Source: an uncultured Gemmatimonadales bacterium (GTDB taxonomy: Bacteria > Gemmatimonadota > Gemmatimonadetes > Longimicrobiales > RSA9). Taken from it: a stretch of DNA of 64,000 bases. Within the stretch, counting starts at the first letter, position 1. Every line of letters begins with the position of its first letter. This document shows positions 30,706 through 39,536 of this stretch, in pieces. The notes under the pieces were generated by a model. That model was not told where the DNA came from, made no database searches, and saw only the letters and a program-made list of their open reading frames with translations. A program made the translations under genes and the position numbers. The stretch lies in assembly GCA_963798845.1 (NCBI GenBank), contig CAWCUS010000002.1:160001-224000 (forward strand), given 5' to 3'.

Positions 30706-31833
30706 TCAGCTCGCGGGCTCGAACCCCACGACCACCAGGCCGTACGCCCTGTAATCGCCGAATTCATCCACGTCGAAATAGCCCCTGAACCCGCCCAGGT
30801 TGTAGTCGATGTAGAACCGGTCCTGGGCGTCGTATCCCTCGATGTTGTACCAGTGACCGGCGACGTTTCCCGGCTCATCCGGCGCGGGAGAGTCCGCACT
30901 CCGGGCCGCGGTCATGAGGGGGCGGCCGTGGGCCAGCTCGTTCTTGAGCAGAGCGATCCACTCCGCCCTCGAGTACTCCCACCGCCTCGCGAATCGAACG
31001 TTGTCGCTGACGTTCAGATGTCTCTTGAGGCCGTCGATGAAGACCTCGCCAGGGGTCCCGACATCCATTTCGTTGGTCAGTCCGATGGCACCGGCGATGA
31101 GGAAGACCCTGGCCACGTCCTCGTACTGCTCGAACGTCGCGCCGGACCCCAGGGAGACCGGCAGGTTCGAATAGTCCACGACGAGCGTATCGAAGTCGAC
31201 CTGCATCTGCACGTCGCCCCACGTGTTCGGCGCGTCGATCTGGCCCGTGGCCGTGATCCTGCCTCCCCAGTACCCGAGGACGCGGGCGAAAGCGGTCGGG
31301 CCACACGCCGCCCCGAACCGGCCGTTCGGGGCTCCGTTGCCTTCGTATGGCGGATAGAACGCGTTGTAGGGCCAGTGGAAGACGTCCCACCTCGACGTCA
31401 TCAACGGGTCCACGGAAGCGGGAAGGGTGCCCTCATCCAGCGTCCTGAACGGCAGGTCCTCCCCCCAGGCGGTGCCCTGGCCGTTGGTGGCGTACCCGCG
31501 GACGTGGTAGTCGGTGTCGGCGTCCAGGTCGTGGATCAGGATCGTGAAGTCGTAGGCGGCTCCTGCGTCCGCCAGGCAGTGGTCGGCCATCGCCGGATCG
31601 GAATGCCCGGACCAGCAGATCCCCTTGTCCGTGACCGCATCCCCTCCGGTCGCCACGATCTGGACGCGCACCTTGGCGGCGCTATAGAGGATGTTGCTCA
31701 CCGCCATCGTCTTCACGGTCGGCGTCGTGTTCTCCGGGCCCGTGAGACCGGGGTCCCCGCCCCCTTCCCCGCACCCGAAAAGCACCACCATCGCCGCCAA
31801 AGTCGCCCGCGCCATCACGGGTCTCGCGCTCAT
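30706..31833 (-). CDS. Lipoprotein with FN3-like domain and C10 (streptopain-like) cysteine peptidase domain
   Basis: Lipobox LFGC; KGICWS..YHVRGYATN..GTAWG; VDPLMTSRW, PYN, ACGPTAFA, LKNELAHGRP, AGHWYNIEGYD. Confidence 0.7.
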   Translation of the reverse strand: MSARPVMARATLAAMVVLFGCGEGGGDPGLTGPENTTPTVKTMAVSNILYSAAKVRVQIVATGGDAVTDKGICWSGHSDPAMADHCLADAGAAYDFTILIHDLDADTDYHVRGYATNGQGTAWGEDLPFRTLDEGTLPASVDPLMTSRWDVFHWPYNAFYPPYEGNGAPNGRFGAACGPTAFARVLGYWGGRITATGQIDAPNTWGDVQMQVDFDTLVVDYSNLPVSLGSGATFEQYEDVARVFLIAGAIGLTNEMDVGTPGEVFIDGLKRHLNVSDNVRFARRWEYSRAEWIALLKNELAHGRPLMTAARSADSPAPDEPGNVAGHWYNIEGYDAQDRFYIDYNLGGFRGYFDVDEFGDYRAYGLVVVGFEPAS

Positions 31834-32119
31834 GGTCCCCTTCCTGTCTTCGGTCCGCGTCGCCGGGAAGCGCCTCGTGAGCGCCACCGCGGAAGGGCGT
31901 GCCCCGAAGCCTTGCATCGGGCAACGACACGGGGCGCCGCGGCCCGTTGCCGAGCCGTCGGCGGGGGGAGGGTACGCCCGAAGCGTGGGCGGCGTCAAGC
32001 TCTTCCGCACTTCAGGAACATCGGATGGACCCGGACGGCCAGGCGTGACCTAACCGGCAGGTCGAGACGGGAACGGGCGCAGCGGCTGAAGCCGTCGCGC
32101 CCGTTCGGTCCGAGGTCAG

Positions 32120-32203
32120 CGGAGGTGGAGGGACTCGAACCCCCAAGGGCTTGCGCCCGCCGCATTTCGAGTGCGGTGCCTTACCAATTAGGGCTACACC
32201 TCC
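32120..32203 (-). tRNA. tRNA-Ser(CGA)
   Basis: Cloverleaf with long variable arm; anticodon arm CCGCA-CTCGAAA-TGCGG. Confidence 0.93.
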
Positions 32204-32489
32204 AGGCCGCGGCGGCCGCTGAAGCGGCGGCTGCGGAGCGGGAAAAGATAGGAGCGCGGCCGGGTCGGTTCAAGCCCCGATGACATCGCGCGCGCCCCGG
32301 GAAGCGACTGTGGCTCGAAAGCCCGGAGCCCCGGCCCGCGGGGGAAGGCCGACCCGAGCCGTCGTCCTGGCGCCGCCGCCCCCCACGGTTGCGCGCCGTG
32401 ACGGGCGCGGCGAAGCTACGGAATGCTCCGGGGCGGCTCCGGGCCGGTCGGAGTGACCGACGCCGGCGTCGCCCGTGACCCGGACGGCC

Positions 32490-33089
32490 ATGACGCGGAA
32501 GCGATTGATCTGGATGCTGGCCGCCACCGGCGCGGCGCTGGTGGTGGTGCTGGTGTTGGGCGCGACGCTCGGGCGTCCCCGCCACCAGTTCGCGGGCACG
32601 CACTTCGACCCGGCGACGCCCGCGGCCCCGTTCACGCTCCATACCGACACGGGCGACGTGAGCCTGTCATCGTTCCGCGGCAAGGCGGTGGCGCTGTTCT
32701 TCGGGTACACGTCGTGCCCGGACGTCTGTCCCACCACGCTGCTGCGGCTGAGCCGCATGCTCGACGATCTCGGGAGCGACCGGGACAGGGTGCGCGTGGT
32801 GTTCGTGAGCGTGGACCCGGAGCGGGACTCGCCCGAGCGCGTGGCTGCGTACGCGAGGGCCGTGGACCCGTCGATCGTCGGGGTGACCGGGTCGCCGGAA
32901 GAGATCGCGGGCGTGGCGAAGAGCTACGGGATCTACTACGCGAAGCAGCCCGGCTCCGACGCCACCGGCTACCTGATGGACCACACCGCGGCGATCACAG
33001 TGGTGAATCCAGCGGGGCGGGTGGCGCTGATCTTGTCGCCCACGCTGACGGCGGAGGAGATGGCCGGGGACGTGAGGGCGATCCTGTGA
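32490..33089 (+). CDS. SCO1/SenC copper chaperone
   Basis: FFGYTSCPDVCP, VSVDPERD, MDHTA. Confidence 0.95.
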   Translation: MTRKRLIWMLAATGAALVVVLVLGATLGRPRHQFAGTHFDPATPAAPFTLHTDTGDVSLSSFRGKAVALFFGYTSCPDVCPTTLLRLSRMLDDLGSDRDRVRVVFVSVDPERDSPERVAAYARAVDPSIVGVTGSPEEIAGVAKSYGIYYAKQPGSDATGYLMDHTAAITVVNPAGRVALILSPTLTAEEMAGDVRAIL

Positions 33090-33652
33090 TGGCCGCGGCC
33101 ATCCGACCCTCCCGCCTCCTGCAACCCGCCGGTCTTCTCGTGGCGCTCGCGGCGCTGGGCGCGTGCGGGGAAGGGGGCGGTCCGCGTCCGGAGCAAGGGG
33201 CGGGCGACGCCGCCCGGGCTACCCAGCCGGGCGCCGATACCGCGACGGGGTCGCCGGCCGCGGTGGCGGACGGGCTGGCCGTGCTCGACCCGTGGGTGCG
33301 CGCGGCGATCGTGCCTGACATCGGCGCCGGGGAAGCCGGGCCGCCGATCAACTCCGCGGCGTACCTGGCGGTCCGGAACGCGGGCGACGCCGGGGACGCG
33401 CTGGTGGCGGCGTCGTCGCCGGCCGCTTCCGCGGTCGAGATCCACGAAGTGTCCCTGGACGATGGCGTGATGCGGATGCGGCAGGTGGACTCGGTGGCGG
33501 TGCCCGCGGGGGGAACGGCCGTGCTGGAGCCAGGTGGCTACCATATCATGCTGATCGGCCTGAGCGATCCGCTGGTGGCGGGAGACACCGTGGCGCTCAC
33601 CCTCCGCTTCCGCAGCGGCCGGGAGATCGATCTCCGCGCTCCGGTGAGATAG
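33089..33652 (+). CDS. PCu(A)C copper chaperone lipoprotein
   Basis: Lipobox LGAC; PWVRA, SAAYL, EIHE..GVMRMR, LEPGGYHIML. Confidence 0.93.
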   Translation: MAAAIRPSRLLQPAGLLVALAALGACGEGGGPRPEQGAGDAARATQPGADTATGSPAAVADGLAVLDPWVRAAIVPDIGAGEAGPPINSAAYLAVRNAGDAGDALVAASSPAASAVEIHEVSLDDGVMRMRQVDSVAVPAGGTAVLEPGGYHIMLIGLSDPLVAGDTVALTLRFRSGREIDLRAPVR

Positions 33653-33731
33653 AGCGGCCTGCGGCCCGCCGGCAGGGCTTCGCCTGCAGTACCCGGCCTA
33701 CGCCCCACCCTGGCGGACCTGCGGCGCGCGA

Positions 33732-33931
33732 GCCCGCGAAGCCCGCCAGGCCCGCCAAGCCCGCCAGGCCCGCGAGGCCCGCGAGGCCCGCGAAGCCCGC
33801 GAAGCCCCCGAAGCCCCCGAAGCCCGCGAAGCCCCCCAGGCCCGCGAAGCCCCCCAAGTCCGCGAAGCCCCCGAAACCCGCTAGGCCCACGAGGCCCGCG
33901 AGGCCCGCGAGGCCCGCGAAGCCCCCGAAGC
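33732..33931. repeat. Degenerate 9-bp tandem repeat (GCCC[GC]C[GC]A[AG]), about 22 copies
   Basis: Units GCCCGCGAA/GCCCGCCAG/GCCCCCGAA, followed by a duplicated GCGACCACTCGAGGCGG. Confidence 0.9.
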
Positions 33932-34128
33932 CTCCGACGCGACCACTCGAGGCGGGCGAAGCGACCACTCGAGGCGGCATTTCAGTCGATGGGTCGGGAA
34001 GCGGCTTCCATGACCGGATTCTGACCAGGCGGCGGCGCCGGCGACGAACGCGTGGTCGCTCCGCAGGGATGAAGACCGGTTAACGACCACACGGTGGAAC
34101 AGAGGTGCCGATTGGTCGCTCCCCGGTG

Positions 34129-34441
34129 CCCCGCCCCACCCGCCCGACCCGCCCCACCCACCCCACCCGCCCGACCCGCCCCACCCGCCCCACCCGCCCC
34201 ACCCGCCCCACCCGCCCGACCCGCCCCACCCGCCCGACCCGCCCCACCCGCCCCACCCGCCCGACTCACCCCACCCGCTCCACCCGCCCGACCCCTCGAA
34301 CCCCTCGAACCCCTCGAACCCCTCGAACCCCTCGCACCCCTCGAACCCCTCGAACCCCTCGAACCCCTCGCACCCCTCGCACCCCTCGAACCCCTCGAAC
34401 CCCTCGAACCCCTCGACCCTCGGACCCGTCGGACCCGTCGA
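34129..34441. repeat. Compound 9-bp tandem arrays (CCGCCCCAC/CCGCCCGAC, then CCCCTCGAA/CCCCTCGCA, then CCGTCGGAC)
   Basis: Directly visible period-9 arrays. Confidence 0.92.
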
Positions 34442-34450
34442 ACTGCCTGC

Positions 34451-35755
34451 CTACGCGCCCAGTCGCTGGGCGGCCCGAACGGCGTCGGCCACGATCTCCC
34501 GCTCGTCCGCCACCTCGAGCCGCCGCTCGTGCATGAGGACGCGGCCGTCGCAGATGGTGGTGTGGACCGCGCGTCCGTTGGCGGCGTAGACGAGCGCGGA
34601 GACCGGGTCGTGCACGGGCTGCGTGGACGGGTCGGAGAGGTCCACCAGGATCAGGTCCGCGGGCGCGCCGGGCTCCAGGCGGCCGCTGCCGAGCCGGAAA
34701 GCCTCGGCGGGCGCTGTCGTCGCCAGGTCGAGGGCGTCGCGGGCGGTCAGGACCGTGGGGTCGGCCGCGCGGTGCTTCTGCACCAGCGCGACCGTCTTCA
34801 TCTCCTCGATCATGTCCAGGTTGTTGTTCGACCCGGCGCCATCGGTGCCCAGGGCGACGCGGAGGCCGGCCGCCTTCGCGGCCCGGTAGTCGAAGATCCC
34901 GCCCGTCGCCAGCTTCATGTTGGCGGTGGGGTTGGTCACGACGGTGGCGCCCGCCTCGGCCATGAGCTCCATCTCGCCCGGGTCCAGGTAGACGCCGTGG
35001 GCGGCCACGAGGTTGGGGCCGAGCAGCCCGAGCCGCCGGAGGTACTCGGCAGGACGAACGCCGTGCCGCTCGACGCAGCCGTCCACCTCGCCGCGCGTCT
35101 CGGACAGGTGGATGTGGAAGACCAGGTCGTGCTCGGCCGCGAGCTCCCCGAGCCACTCCAGGCTCTCGGGGGCCACGGTGTAGATGGCGTGGGGCGCGAG
35201 CGCGACCTGAACGCGCGGCCCCAGGGCGCCTCGCTCCTCAACCTGCCGGAGCACCGACGCCCGCTGCTCCCCGGCTTCCACGCCGCTGGGGTCGCCGTGG
35301 TCGATGAACACGGAGCCCACGTGGGCGCGGATCCCCAGCTCCTCGACGGCGCGCACCACCGCCGGGCGGTGCCAGTACATGTCGTTGAAGTACGTGGTGC
35401 CCGAGCGGATCATCTCCACCAGGGCCAGGCGCGTGCCGGCGTAGACGTCCGCTTCCGCCAGCTTCGCCTCGGCGGGCCAGATCCGGGTGCGCAGCCACTC
35501 CATGAGCGGGAGGTCGTCGCCCCAGCCGCGGAATAGCGTCATGGCCGCGTGCGTGTGCCCGTTGCGAAGCCCGGGGAACGCGTGCAGCCCGCGGGCGTCG
35601 ATCGAGCGCTCGGGAGCGGCCCGGCCCGCCGCAGGGCCGGCGTCACCCGGGTGGGCGCGGTCGGCCGCCTTCCGGATCCAGGCGATCCGGCCTTCGTCGA
35701 TCCCAATGTCGTGGACGCCCCCATCGAGGATGGCCCCGCGGAGCTCCAGCTTCAC
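34451..35755 (-). CDS. mtaD: MTA/SAH/5'-deoxyadenosine deaminase (amidohydrolase)
   Basis: PGLRNGHTHAAMTLFRG.GDDLPLMEWL, SGTTYFNDMY, APHAIYT, HIHLSET, AAHGV, ANMKLATG, LGTDGAGSNN. Confidence 0.88.
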   Translation of the reverse strand: MKLELRGAILDGGVHDIGIDEGRIAWIRKAADRAHPGDAGPAAGRAAPERSIDARGLHAFPGLRNGHTHAAMTLFRGWGDDLPLMEWLRTRIWPAEAKLAEADVYAGTRLALVEMIRSGTTYFNDMYWHRPAVVRAVEELGIRAHVGSVFIDHGDPSGVEAGEQRASVLRQVEERGALGPRVQVALAPHAIYTVAPESLEWLGELAAEHDLVFHIHLSETRGEVDGCVERHGVRPAEYLRRLGLLGPNLVAAHGVYLDPGEMELMAEAGATVVTNPTANMKLATGGIFDYRAAKAAGLRVALGTDGAGSNNNLDMIEEMKTVALVQKHRAADPTVLTARDALDLATTAPAEAFRLGSGRLEPGAPADLILVDLSDPSTQPVHDPVSALVYAANGRAVHTTICDGRVLMHERRLEVADEREIVADAVRAAQRLGA

Positions 35756-36465
35756 GTCGCCTCCGTGGTGGTGCGCCGGACCAGCTCGGCGACGATGGCG
35801 CGGGCGCGCTCGGTGTTGCCGGCGAGACGCGCCTCGTACGCATCGAGTGTGAGCGGGGCGCCGCCGATCCCGTTGGCGAGGTTGTCGACCAGCCCGAGCA
35901 TGGCGTAGGAGAGCCCGCGCTCCTGGAAGAGGGTGGCTTCGGACGCGGCGGTCATGCCGATGACGTGGGCGTAGTCGGCGAGGAGCCGGACCTCGGCGCG
36001 CGTCTCGAAGCGCGGCCCGCGCGTCTCCGCGTACACGCCGCCATCCTGCACGGTGCCCCCGGTGGCGCGCGCGGCATCCAGGAGCAGGCGACGCAGCCCT
36101 TCGTCCAGCGCGGGCACCACGTGCAGCCGCTCGTCCTCGGCGAACGAGGGCGGCGCGTGGAAGGAGAGGTAGTCGTCGGGGACCACGGCGGTGCCGGGCT
36201 CGAGCGAGGCGTCGAGCGCGCCCACGGAGCAGAGCCCGACCGCGCGCCGGACGCCGAGGGCCTCGAAGGCGAGGGCGTGGGCATGGTGCGTCACGCGGTG
36301 GGGTGGCCGGTAACGGTCGTGGCCGTGGCGTCGCAGGAAGACGAAGCCGTCGCCCACGTGAGCCACGACCTCGCCGCGCTCCGTCTCCACGAGGCGCTGC
36401 CGCGTCCGCGCGGGCTCGCCGCCGCCGAGGAACGCGCTGCCGCCCACGATCCCGAGTGTGTCCAT
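35752..36465 (-). CDS. MTAP-family purine nucleoside phosphorylase, probably methylthioinosine-type
   Basis: LGIVGGS, FLRRHG, GPRFETRAE, VIGMT, LVDNLANG. Confidence 0.85.
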   Translation of the reverse strand: MDTLGIVGGSAFLGGGEPARTRQRLVETERGEVVAHVGDGFVFLRRHGHDRYRPPHRVTHHAHALAFEALGVRRAVGLCSVGALDASLEPGTAVVPDDYLSFHAPPSFAEDERLHVVPALDEGLRRLLLDAARATGGTVQDGGVYAETRGPRFETRAEVRLLADYAHVIGMTAASEATLFQERGLSYAMLGLVDNLANGIGGAPLTLDAYEARLAGNTERARAIVAELVRRTTTEAT

Positions 36466-36601
36466 GCCCGCTCCCGCGCTCCCCTGTCGAACCGGCTGCC
36501 GGGCAGCGGACGCACTTGCCCGCCGCCCCCGCCGTGCTCCACCTTTCGCCTTCCCGACCGCCCTGGAGCGCGCGGCCGGAGCGGCCCCAGCAGGCGGAGC
36601 G

Positions 36602-37717
36602 ATGAAGGTAGACGGCGTCGGCTATCGCAGCATCTTCACGGACGACGACGGCTGGTCCGTCCGCATCATCGACCAGGCCGTTCTCCCGCACGACTTCCGG
36701 CTGGCGCGCCTCACCGACCTGGAGGGCGCCGCGGAGGCCATCGCCACCATGCAGGTGCGCGGCGCTCCGCTCATCGGCGCCACTGCAGCGTACGGCCTGG
36801 CGCTGGCGCTCCGGTCCGACGCCTCCGACGATGCGCTGGACGCTGCGCGCGAGCGTCTCCTGGCGACGCGCCCCACGGCCGTCAACCTCCGCTGGGCGCT
36901 CGACGCCGTCACCGACGCCGTCGCATCCCTCGCACCCGGCGACCGCGCCGCTGCCGCCTACCGCCTGGCCGCCGAAATCGCCGACGCCGACGTGGCGCAG
37001 AACCGCCGCATCGGCGAGCACGGCCTGAAGCTGATCCGCGGCCTGGCCGCACGCAACCCGGACCGGCCGGTGGAGATCCTGACCCACTGCAACGCCGGCT
37101 GGCTCGCCACCGTGGACTGGGGGACGGCCACCTCGCCCATCTACCTGGCGCACGACGAGGGTATCCCCGTGCACGTGTGGGTGGACGAGACTCGCCCGAG
37201 GAACCAGGGCGCGAGCCTGACCGCGTGGGAGCTGGGCCACCACGGCGTGCCCCACACCGTGGTGGTGGACAACGCGGGCGGCCACCTGATGCAGCGGGGA
37301 CGCGTGGACCTGTGCCTCGTGGGCACCGACCGCACCACCGCGGCCGGGGACGTGGCCAACAAGATCGGGACGTACCTGAAGGCGCTGGCGGCGAGCGACA
37401 ACGGCGTGCCGTTCTACGTGGCGGCGCCATCGTCGTCCATCGACTGGACGCTCATGGACGGGCGCGACATCCCGATCGAGGAACGGGACGCGGAGGAGGT
37501 GGTCCGGGTGCGAGGCGCCGCCGGGGACGGCCGCGTGGAGGCCGTTCGCGTGGTGCCCGAGGGGTCGACCGTGGCCAACCCTGCGTTCGATGTCACGCCC
37601 GCCCGGCTGGTCACCGGGCTGATCACCGAGCGGGGGATCGCGGAAGCGAGCGCCGACGGGCTCCGTCGCCTGTTCCCCGAGCGAGCTCCGGCGCACGGAA
37701 AGGGGGTGACTCCATGA
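36602..37717 (+). CDS. mtnA: Methylthioribose-1-phosphate isomerase
   Basis: IIDQ..LP, MQVRGAPLIG, TRPTAVNL, LTHCNAGWLATVDWGTA, DETRPRNQG, ANKIGTY, NPAFDVTP. Confidence 0.95.
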   Translation: MKVDGVGYRSIFTDDDGWSVRIIDQAVLPHDFRLARLTDLEGAAEAIATMQVRGAPLIGATAAYGLALALRSDASDDALDAARERLLATRPTAVNLRWALDAVTDAVASLAPGDRAAAAYRLAAEIADADVAQNRRIGEHGLKLIRGLAARNPDRPVEILTHCNAGWLATVDWGTATSPIYLAHDEGIPVHVWVDETRPRNQGASLTAWELGHHGVPHTVVVDNAGGHLMQRGRVDLCLVGTDRTTAAGDVANKIGTYLKALAASDNGVPFYVAAPSSSIDWTLMDGRDIPIEERDAEEVVRVRGAAGDGRVEAVRVVPEGSTVANPAFDVTPARLVTGLITERGIAEASADGLRRLFPERAPAHGKGVTP

Positions 37718-38346
37718 CGGGGACCGAGCTCCGGGCCGCCGTGGTCCGCGCCGCCCGCCGGATGAGCGCCAGCGGGCTCAGCCGCGGCGTGTCCGGGAAC
37801 GTGAGTGCCCGCGACGCCGACGCCATGCTGGTGACGCCGTCGGCCTTCCCGTACGACGAGATGGGCAATACCGACGTGGTCCGCATGGCGCTGGACGGGC
37901 GCGTGCTCGAGGGCGAGCGCAAGCCGACCACGGAGTGGCCCATGCACGCGGCGATCTACCGCGCCCGCCCGGATGCCACGGCCATCGTCCACGCCCATGC
38001 CACCTTCTGCACCACGCTCGCGACCCTGCGACGCGACATCCCGCCCTTCCACTACATGATCGCCCTGGCCGGCGGCGACTCCATCCGCTGCTCCGGCTAC
38101 GCCACGTTCGGCACCGCCGCGCTCGGCGAGCTGGCCGTCGTCGCGCTGCGCGATCGGCAGGCGTGTCTGCTCGCCAACCACGGCATGATCGCCATCGCAG
38201 CCTCTCCCGACGCCGCGCTGGAGCTCGCCCGCGAGGTGGAGACGCTGGCCGAGCTGTACTGGCGCGCGCTCCAGGCGGGTGAGCCAGCACTCCTCTCCGA
38301 GTCCGACATGGCCGACGCCCTGACCGCCTTCGGCGACTACCGCTGA
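37714..38346 (+). CDS. Class II aldolase (FucA/Ald2-like)
   Basis: SGNVS, PTTEWPMH, IVHAH, IPPFHYM, YATFGT, LLANHG. Confidence 0.9.
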   Translation: MTGTELRAAVVRAARRMSASGLSRGVSGNVSARDADAMLVTPSAFPYDEMGNTDVVRMALDGRVLEGERKPTTEWPMHAAIYRARPDATAIVHAHATFCTTLATLRRDIPPFHYMIALAGGDSIRCSGYATFGTAALGELAVVALRDRQACLLANHGMIAIAASPDAALELAREVETLAELYWRALQAGEPALLSESDMADALTAFGDYR

Positions 38347-38519
38347 ACGGCTCGGTTGCAGCCGGATCTCCTTTTCTGTCAATAACTTGAACACATTCCG
38401 CCAGGCCGCGGGACGGCGCCCGTCTTGCGTCCCTTCTTCCTGCGGTCGGCCAGCGGGGCTGCGGCCCCGGTGCGCCGGTCGAAGGCGATCATCGGCGGAA
38501 CCGCAGCAAGGAGGAATTC

Positions 38520-39383
38520 ATGGCGCGATTCGAGCACCTGTCCGAGCGATCGGACATCCGGTTCGGCGAGAACAGCTTCGACGTGCGCGACTGGGAGGTG
38601 CGCACGGGGGCGGACGGCGAGCGGGTAGGCCGGGTCCACGACGTGCTGCTGGGCGAGGGCGGCCGCACACGCTACCTGGACGTGGACCTGGAGGGCGGCC
38701 GGCACGTGCTCATGCCGAGCGGCGAGACGCGCGTGGACGCCAGCGACCGCGTCGTGCGGCTCCCGGGACTGGACCGGGAGTCGATCCGAACGCTCCCCGA
38801 GTACGAGCACGACCCGGGGCACATCACGTCCGACTACGCTCGCTCCCTGGCCACCGCGCACGACCGCGCCTACCGGGAGGAGGACTACTACGAGCGGTCC
38901 CACTACGGCGCGGAATGGACGCGTCGTGAGGGCGAGGCTCCGCGAAAGACCGTGGCGCGGCTCGACCGGCTGGACGACATCGAGCTGGCCGAGCACGACC
39001 CGGATCCGCGCGGGTGGGACGTGGTGGACGCGGCGGACCGGCGGATCGGGCGCGTGGAGCACCTGATCGGGGACACGGGCGCCATGAAGGTGCGCTACCT
39101 CGACGTGGAGCTGGACGAGGAGGTGGCCGGGGACCACCGCAACGTCCTGATCCCCCCGGGGCACGTGGACCTGGACACCGGAAGCGAGCGCGTGGTGGCA
39201 CGCGGCCTGGACCGGTCGAGCTTCGCCCGCATACCGGCGTACGAGGGCGGTCCCATCGGGCGGGGGTACGAGCGCGACCTCACCCGCCGCTACGACGAGG
39301 CGTACGCGGGCGAGCGGGAGTACGAGCACCCCCGCTACAGGGCCCGCTCCATGGACACGCTTCCCGGCCGCGCCGGGCGGTAG
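38520..39383 (+). CDS. Tandem PRC-barrel domain protein
   Basis: Two repeats of DxRxWxV..G.V.DL......RYLDV; AGGAGG RBS. Confidence 0.85.
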   Translation: MARFEHLSERSDIRFGENSFDVRDWEVRTGADGERVGRVHDVLLGEGGRTRYLDVDLEGGRHVLMPSGETRVDASDRVVRLPGLDRESIRTLPEYEHDPGHITSDYARSLATAHDRAYREEDYYERSHYGAEWTRREGEAPRKTVARLDRLDDIELAEHDPDPRGWDVVDAADRRIGRVEHLIGDTGAMKVRYLDVELDEEVAGDHRNVLIPPGHVDLDTGSERVVARGLDRSSFARIPAYEGGPIGRGYERDLTRRYDEAYAGEREYEHPRYRARSMDTLPGRAGR

Positions 39384-39536
39384 GCGCGGGCGCCGGCGGG
39401 GCGCGGGGCGGGGCGGAGGAGCCGGCCAGGGCGGTGCTGCCGCGGCCGCGCCGGGGAAGGCCCGTTTCGTGGACCGGGCGGGTCGTCTACGTTGTCCTCC
39501 CTGGAAACAGGCTCCCACTCCAGAATGAGGTGACGC

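Noticed and set aside
26771..32203. Genomic island integrated at tRNA-Ser(CGA)
   Set aside because: I found no integrase and no duplicated tRNA 3' end.
33597..34536. Low-complexity ORFs (GFAGLA, PAPPA, RTP repeats)
   Set aside because: They are products of period-9 DNA repeats, open in several frames, with no RBS.
38520..39383. Photosynthetic reaction-centre H subunit (puhA)
   Set aside because: It has only tandem PRC barrels, no N-terminal TM helix and no photosynthesis genes nearby.
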